Below, one piece after another: positions 63,185 to 64,000 of a DNA stretch of 64,000 nucleotides (positions are counted from its first letter, which is position 1; the number at the start of each line of letters is the position of its first letter). The DNA comes from Acidobacteriota bacterium (GTDB lineage Bacteria > Acidobacteriota > CAIWXX01). The stretch lies in contig JBFMAF010000033.1 in the NCBI GenBank assembly GCA_040755995.1, forward strand, positions 32,001-96,000, written 5' to 3'. A program made the position numbers and the translations under genes. The notes below the pieces were generated by a model. It made no database searches, was not told the origin of the DNA, and worked only from the letters and a program-made list of their open reading frames with translations.

Positions 63185-64000
63185 TCACGCGCCGTACTTC
63201 GCGAGTCTCTCGGCGTGTGCCATGGCGAGAGGCATGATGTCCACGTGCCGCATATGACCCAATCCGCCCTGCATGCACGCGCGCTCGCCGAAGCTCATGC
63301 ACCCGTCGGCGATGATGTTCTTCGCGTTGAGCAGGAGCGGTAGTTCGTGCCATGAGTGAGATTTGAGCGCGCAGGGCGTCGAGTGGTCGCCGGTGATTAT
63401 GAATACGTCAGGCTTGAGACCCACCATGTCGGGGATGATCCTGTCCGTTTCCTCGATCACCTTCACCTTGGCGTCGAAATTGCCGTCTTCGCCTGCCGAG
63501 TCCGTCTTCTTGACATGGAAGAAGAAGAAGTCGTAGTTGGCCCAATTGGCCTTGAGCGTAGCGAGCTCTGTCTCGATCGTCTCACCGGCCTCCAGCACGT
63601 CCATGCCGACCAGGCGCGCGAGTCCCTTGTACATCGGATACGTTGCGATGGCGCACGCCTTCAGGCCGTAGACCTCGGCAAACGTGGGCAGCCCCGGGTC
63701 CTTCGCGATGCCTCTCAGCGTGCATGCATTGGCTCTCGGCTCGTCCCTGAGTATGGCGAATGCCTTCTTGACCCACGTGTTGAGGATGCGCGCGCTTTTC
63801 TGAGCGCCGTCATGGTGAGGCATGACATCGAGCGGAGCGTGACCGGTCTTCTGCGGGTCAGTCTCGCTCAGGCCGTCGGCAAGTCCATCGCCTTCGAGCA
63901 CCAGGGCGAAGCGGTAGTCCTTGACGGGACGGATGATCACGTCGGCGTCTTCGATTCGTTCGATCACCGAGAGTTTCTTCACGAGGCGCTCGCACTCGGA
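63185..64000 (-). CDS. 2,3-BPG-independent phosphoglycerate mutase, ApgM type (5' end outside window)
   Basis: YPMYKGLA, HVKKTDSAGEDG, TGDHSTP, HSWH, KYGA end. Confidence 0.9.
   Translation of the reverse strand, partial: SECERLVKKLSVIERIEDADVIIRPVKDYRFALVLEGDGLADGLSETDPQKTGHAPLDVMPHHDGAQKSARILNTWVKKAFAILRDEPRANACTLRGIAKDPGLPTFAEVYGLKACAIATYPMYKGLARLVGMDVLEAGETIETELATLKANWANYDFFFFHVKKTDSAGEDGNFDAKVKVIEETDRIIPDMVGLKPDVFIITGDHSTPCALKSHSWHELPLLLNAKNIIADGCMSFGERACMQGGLGHMRHVDIMPLAMAHAERLAKYGA

Overview
GC-rich bacterial window in which housekeeping genes alternate with accessory modules. (1) 3.7-13.1 kb: a RiPP-like cassette with a 71-aa precursor (YxxP leader), a radical SAM/SPASM enzyme, an HprK-like kinase, a gingipain/PorU-like C25 protease, a soluble S24/S26 peptidase, a stand-alone PqqD/RRE protein and a secreted S8 protease. 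This is my best candidate for an uncharacterised system. (2) An ABC-type ATPase plus TOPRIM-like pair at 25-27 kb, probably defensive. (3) A ~7 kb segment bounded by a 54-bp imperfect direct repeat. It carries a toxin-antitoxin pair, a K+ channel and a His-Xaa-Ser radical SAM operon whose precursor is fused to three Ig-like domains; an A9 run puts the hxsB N-terminus out of frame. (4) A complete type 1-like BREX operon (brxA-brxB-brxC-pglX-pglZ-brxL) plus a putative HEPN protein, lying between a full metH and a diverged 1.1 kb duplicate of its 3' end, with no integrase in view. The remaining genes include TonB, a 2-oxoacid:ferredoxin oxidoreductase, a BNR-repeat hydrolase, a Nudix enzyme, two metallophosphoesterases and a phosphoglycerate mutase. 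I saw no rRNA, tRNA or CRISPR array. All family calls come from motif recognition by eye; no database searches were run.
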